From assembly GCA_973895155.1 (NCBI GenBank), contig OZ316893.1, forward strand, positions 7,774,963-7,838,962: a stretch of DNA of 64,000 nt. The letters are read 5' to 3'. Every line of letters starts with the position of its first letter. Within the stretch, counting starts at the first letter, position 1. The notes under the pieces are model-generated. The model was not told the DNA's origin, ran no database searches, and worked only from the letters and a program-made list of their open reading frames with translations. Source of the DNA: Marsupella aquatica. Lineage: Eukaryota; Plantae; Marchantiophyta. A program made the position numbers and the translations under genes. Of the stretch, positions 59,701 through 64,000 are shown piece after piece.

Positions 59701-62700
59701 AACCTGTCTTCCGCTTGCCACCCTCTTCACTCTCTCGCACATCTATCTCCCGATATTTCACGCGTAGCCGAGCCCACCGAAAGCTCTCTCCCTACAATCC
59801 CTCCCAAATCAACTTTCTCGTTTCCTGCTGCTGCTGATGTATGTTTGTTCTCCCCTATTTTTTTTTACTGAATTTGGTCTCTCCACACTTCTTGCTTGAC
59901 ATTACTGTTTTGCTCCTCCCTGGATCCAAACATGCCTTGTGCCCCGTGCTCCGACTTGCATCCTTTTCTTTACTAAGGGGGGGACCACAGCCTCCAGCCA
60001 TACCTTGGATGTCGGGCCTGGTCAAGACGGTGGTCGGTAGCTTGTTTTTGCTTTTTTCTCTTTTGTTTCCCAAGCTTCTGGGCAAGGGCATTACCATTCT
60101 GGATTCTCCGCGAGGCGCCACTAGCTTTTTTTCTCGGTTGCCCGTGTGCCTGCCTTCTTAGTTTTGTTTTTTCCTCAAGTGACCGGGCCATCGCTATATG
60201 CAGATTTTTCTTGTTGTATTCATATACAGTATTTTATTGTTCTATCTAGGCTGTGGCAAGCCAACAAATTGTTGACAACCAACATGGAATAACAACTATG
60301 CAGTGCAATGGCAGAGGACACAGTCCAATACAGGAATGACATGGTTATGTTTTCAATTCCCTGCTTGGATGAGGCGTGGTGTTGCTTGTAATCATGTATT
60401 TCTTCACACTAGAAAAACAGTCTGTCAGATGAGGTTGTCGGGATTGTCTATGGGTCAGTCATCTTACGGACACCTAGCAACGTCAAATGAATGGCGGAAA
60501 CGGGCCATGTTGTCATTTTGAAATTTGTCTTTCCTTTTGCCATGCTACCCAATCATTTTGTTAGTCCATGAGTCATAGATTCATAGATTCTATGTTTTGT
60601 GCTTTGTCTAGAATGCTATGGCGCCCATGCTACAATTTGTGGTTTTTGTCTAAGCACAAATCCTCTCTGTGCCTGGTCTTTGTGTCCCGTCATTTGGATT
60701 GATTGTGCAGACATTTCCTCTTCTCCCAGTCCTTGTCATCCACCAGCCAAAGCACATTGGATTGTTTTCAAAGGAGGGCTGTGTAGTTTGGAGGGTTTGA
60801 TCTATGCAGCGGATTTGAGCAGATTGGCGGTTGTTAGTTTCTTCTTGTAAAACCTGTCTGTCTTTTCTGCTTTTGGCCATGCTCCTTCACTTCTTGCTGC
60901 AAGCTCAATGTGCTTCAGCTATGGCAATATTCACTTACCCTATCCCAACGGCATTGCCGTGAGCTGTAGGACAGCCAACAGAAGCAGATTGTATCGATTG
61001 CATGTAAGTCAGGGTATTTTATGTATTGCGGAACAACTGTCCAAGTATGCTGCAATGGTCGGTCTTGCGCAGCTGAATGAGCCAATTTCATTTTCCCTGT
61101 GCACTTCTATTTCTCAGAGAATTCCCTGGTCATGCTCATTTCCCCCAGAGTTACAAAACAAAGAAGAAGAGCTGACTAATTGTAATTCCAATCCATATCC
61201 TGATCGGTCAAGGATTGTTCACTACATTGGCCTTGTCATTGGCCGAGGTCACCAAATTTTGCTTGGTTTCATTCCTGTGGAGCACTGCTGTGATGGATTT
61301 GTCGTAGCATTCTGCAAACTCTCACGGTTTGCTTATGGCCATTATTTGCAATTTGCTGCTACTAATATGTCTTCTTCTGAGCAGCATACACCAGAAGTAA
61401 GCAATAGTGGAGGTTTAACTGCACATCAACACATCTAGTGAACTACCTCTCTACTGCTCACTGGAGGGTGAGACTTTCACTCTTTCTGGATATTGTAGTT
61501 TGTAAGCAAGTTGATTAGGAGTGTTTCATGCTATGTTTACACTGTGACCCCTAGCTGGAACCAATGGAATGACACAGTGAGTGGGAACTGATAATTTAAG
61601 GTTGGTTGCTGTTGGTGAGGCAAGTACAGCTCCTGCTCACCTTGCTGATCGAAGGTGCTTATCAGAGGACGTGAACACACGACATCTCCACAAAAGCAAC
61701 ACTTATGGTGAGGACCCGCAACGCTGAACATGTGCGGCTTGCACGCAAGGCAGAGATGTTGCGCCTTGAGTATGTCAGACTTGGGATCCTTCCAGCCCAG
61801 TCTGCATGGTACTTTGAGTACCCAGTTGTTGCCAGGAACAACTACAGCCGGCCTGTACCTGCTTCTCCACCCTACCCAACATCCTTGGTATTTTTGTCTC
61901 TCGTACATGACCCGCCACAAATTAGGGCCCAAGGGTGTGTGCACAGTTGCCAATATGACTGTCCTGCCTGTAGGGCTTCTGGCCTAGAGTTGGATGACCG
62001 TTCTCTTGGATGTCGGTTTTTTCACAGAGCACAATGTATCATCTGGAACCACTCGCCATCCTGCAGTGTGCCTGGCGATGTCACTTGTCCTGCCCTCCTA
62101 GACCCCACCACCGGTCACTTTGGTGTCTACACATGTTTGGATCACACGCTCTAGAGGACCACTTGTCACACCGCATGCACAAACCAGAGACCATTGACCT
62201 ATAACTTAACACTTTGACTTGAACAGAGAGGATATTTACTTAAGATTTTGAATTATGACCAATTTTGGGTCCAGGGTTTAGGGTCAACAGTACATAACTT
62301 ATCCTATTATGGCTGCACTAAGTACAATATCCTAATTTAAGAGGCTAGCAAGCTCACTTAAAAGTCTCCTTTCAAAGACTGAAATTAATGGGCCATGTGA
62401 TAACCTGGAAAAAGTGATTTATGCCTAACTTATTTGTCTCATTCACTATCATAGCCTATTTAGGATGTATAAATTACAACCCTGATCACACTGCTTGATA
62501 CCAATCTTGTTCAAAAAATGCCTATTTTACATGTCACGACTGTTATATGTGATTCAAATGCATTAAATCTTGTTGCAGATCTCCTTTGGTGAATCATAGC
62601 CACAAAATTGAGGTGTAGGTGGAGCTATTGTACGAGGGGATCAGTTTTTAGTGTGGGCTCAACAAACCAAAAAGTATGTCTACTCTGCACATGTGTGTGA

Positions 62701-64000
62701 ACATTTCATTGCAGTAGCAATTGCCACTCTAGTCTATATGCTACACTGTACTTTTTGTACACTGCACTAAATTGTATTGTCTGTGCACTATGCTAAATTG
62801 TACTATCTGTCTCATGCGTAGGCATGGCACGCCCTACAATCCGAGCCAAGAAGCGGGGGACAGAGGTGAGCAACACAGGTGTAGTTGGGCCAGATGGTAG
62901 TAACTTCTCCGCAAGTCAGATTTTCCAGAAGGCAGCTCATTGTTGTGCCATTTGTGACGATGGTGGTGGCTTAGCCATATGTGAGGGCCCTTGCATGAGG
63001 CATTTCCACCTCAACCCGGAGTCTGACCTTGCTGCAAAAAACAACTGTCCAGGGGTGGGCCTCCCGTCAGCACACCAGGGAGGCTGGATGTGCACTGATT
63101 GTTTGGAGAAGCAGGCTAAGTGTGCACAGTGTGGGAAGTTGGGGTCTTATGAGGGCTCTGTTGATGCTCCACCACTTGTTAGGAAATGCCCTGACAGATA
63201 TTGTGTGAGGTTCTTTTGTTTTTCATGTTTGCCCGATCTTGCCACAGCTTGCCCACTTCATAAGTGCAAGGCATGTGGTCAGCACGATGAAGATTTCTGG
63301 GTGGACATAGTCCACTATGTTAGGTGTCCCACCATGTGGCACTTTCATTGTTTGAAGGAGCGTCAAGCAGAAGGCTATGCTTGTGACAGACACATCTATG
63401 ATCACTCTGCACATGGTGTTGATTGATGGATCTTCTATTGTCATCGCCATGCCATAGATCCTACTTTGCACACTCCCATGATAGATCACATTTCTTGGCT
63501 TTGAACCTGAATAATGTACATGCATAGTGCACCTGATGTGGATACCTTGGAGATTGCAGACATTCCAATTTTGAGAAGAAAGACCTCTGTAGGAGAGGAT
63601 GCTTAGGCAACAAGTACCCTAAGTTCATTACTTGTTCCTGGGTACATGCCTTCAAAAACTCCCCTTAAGCCTTCTAGGAACTTTTTAAACTCTGCAATCA
63701 TTTTGATCACGACTTACATGACACTGCTTAAATTAAATCAGGACTTCTCATTATGAGCATATAAGTTACAAGGCTATTTAATTTGCGAGAATTCCCTTAA
63801 AGTGTACCAACATTTTGTATTCTCATTGAATGTCTGCCCATTTACAACATCTGTATGTGGCATCACAAAACAATTGCACTTGTCACCTTCAATATTGTGA
63901 AGGCACATATTCAAACTATGAGGTGCATGCTTGCAGGTGTCTAGTACGTTTGTCCCAATATTTCTCCCGTTTGGAATCGGAGCAGAGACTCACCAGACGA
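56705..64000. mobile_element. CACTA element, left end; probably extends beyond the window
   Basis: CACTAGTAGAAACTGGGG begins exactly where homology to the Sola2-like gene stops; AAGACTA/GGACTAA subterminal motifs; the right TIR and the rest of the Sola2-like gene were not found in the window. Confidence 0.7.
62824..63504 (+). pseudogene. EDM2-like tandem PHD-finger protein, intronless, one premature TGA (63424)
   Basis: CAICDDGGGLAICEGPCMRHFH...WMCTDC...CAQCGKLGS...CVRFF...CPLHKCKAC...RCPTMWHFHCL, then in frame after TGA: WIFYCHRHAIDPTLHTPMIDHI. This is collinear with the EDM2 PHD region. Confidence 0.8.

Noticed and set aside
57600-62250. Genes or a LINE ORF1 among the many short ORFs inside the right-hand CACTA
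   Set aside because: Some Lys- or Cys-rich fragments look coding-like, but I could not recognise a domain or a consistent frame or exon chain.

Overview
Eukaryotic (land-plant-like, probably non-seed plant) heterochromatic DNA made almost entirely of nested transposable elements and their decayed cargo genes; I see no intact host gene. Left end: the 5' part of an LTR retrotransposon (gag, PBS, 4.7-kb LTR, minus strand) inserted in a Sola2-like transposase gene. Then a GCM-like/MULE/SWIM transposase pseudogene, SAM-like and RPA-like genes, and a CACTA (Tnp2-type) transposase gene split by a 12-kb non-autonomous CACTA element (TSD CAA) and a 4.1-kb solo LTR (TSD AGTCA). Next comes a CHR27/28-like SNF2-RING helicase gene, split by a 4.67-kb solo LTR (TSD TGCAT), an FCP1-like fragment, a second Sola2-like gene, and a further CACTA element carrying an EDM2-like PHD-finger gene. 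Most notable: (i) two unrelated LTR families carry a long protein-coding ORF inside the LTR, so solo LTRs keep it; (ii) the same domain type occurs in both LTR ORFs and is fused in frame to the SNF2 helicase; (iii) TE-associated homologues of silencing/anti-silencing chromatin factors occur together with element-specific non-coding motif arrays, including 11-bp-periodic GGGGTA arrays in introns. Family assignments come from reading motifs by eye, not from database searches.
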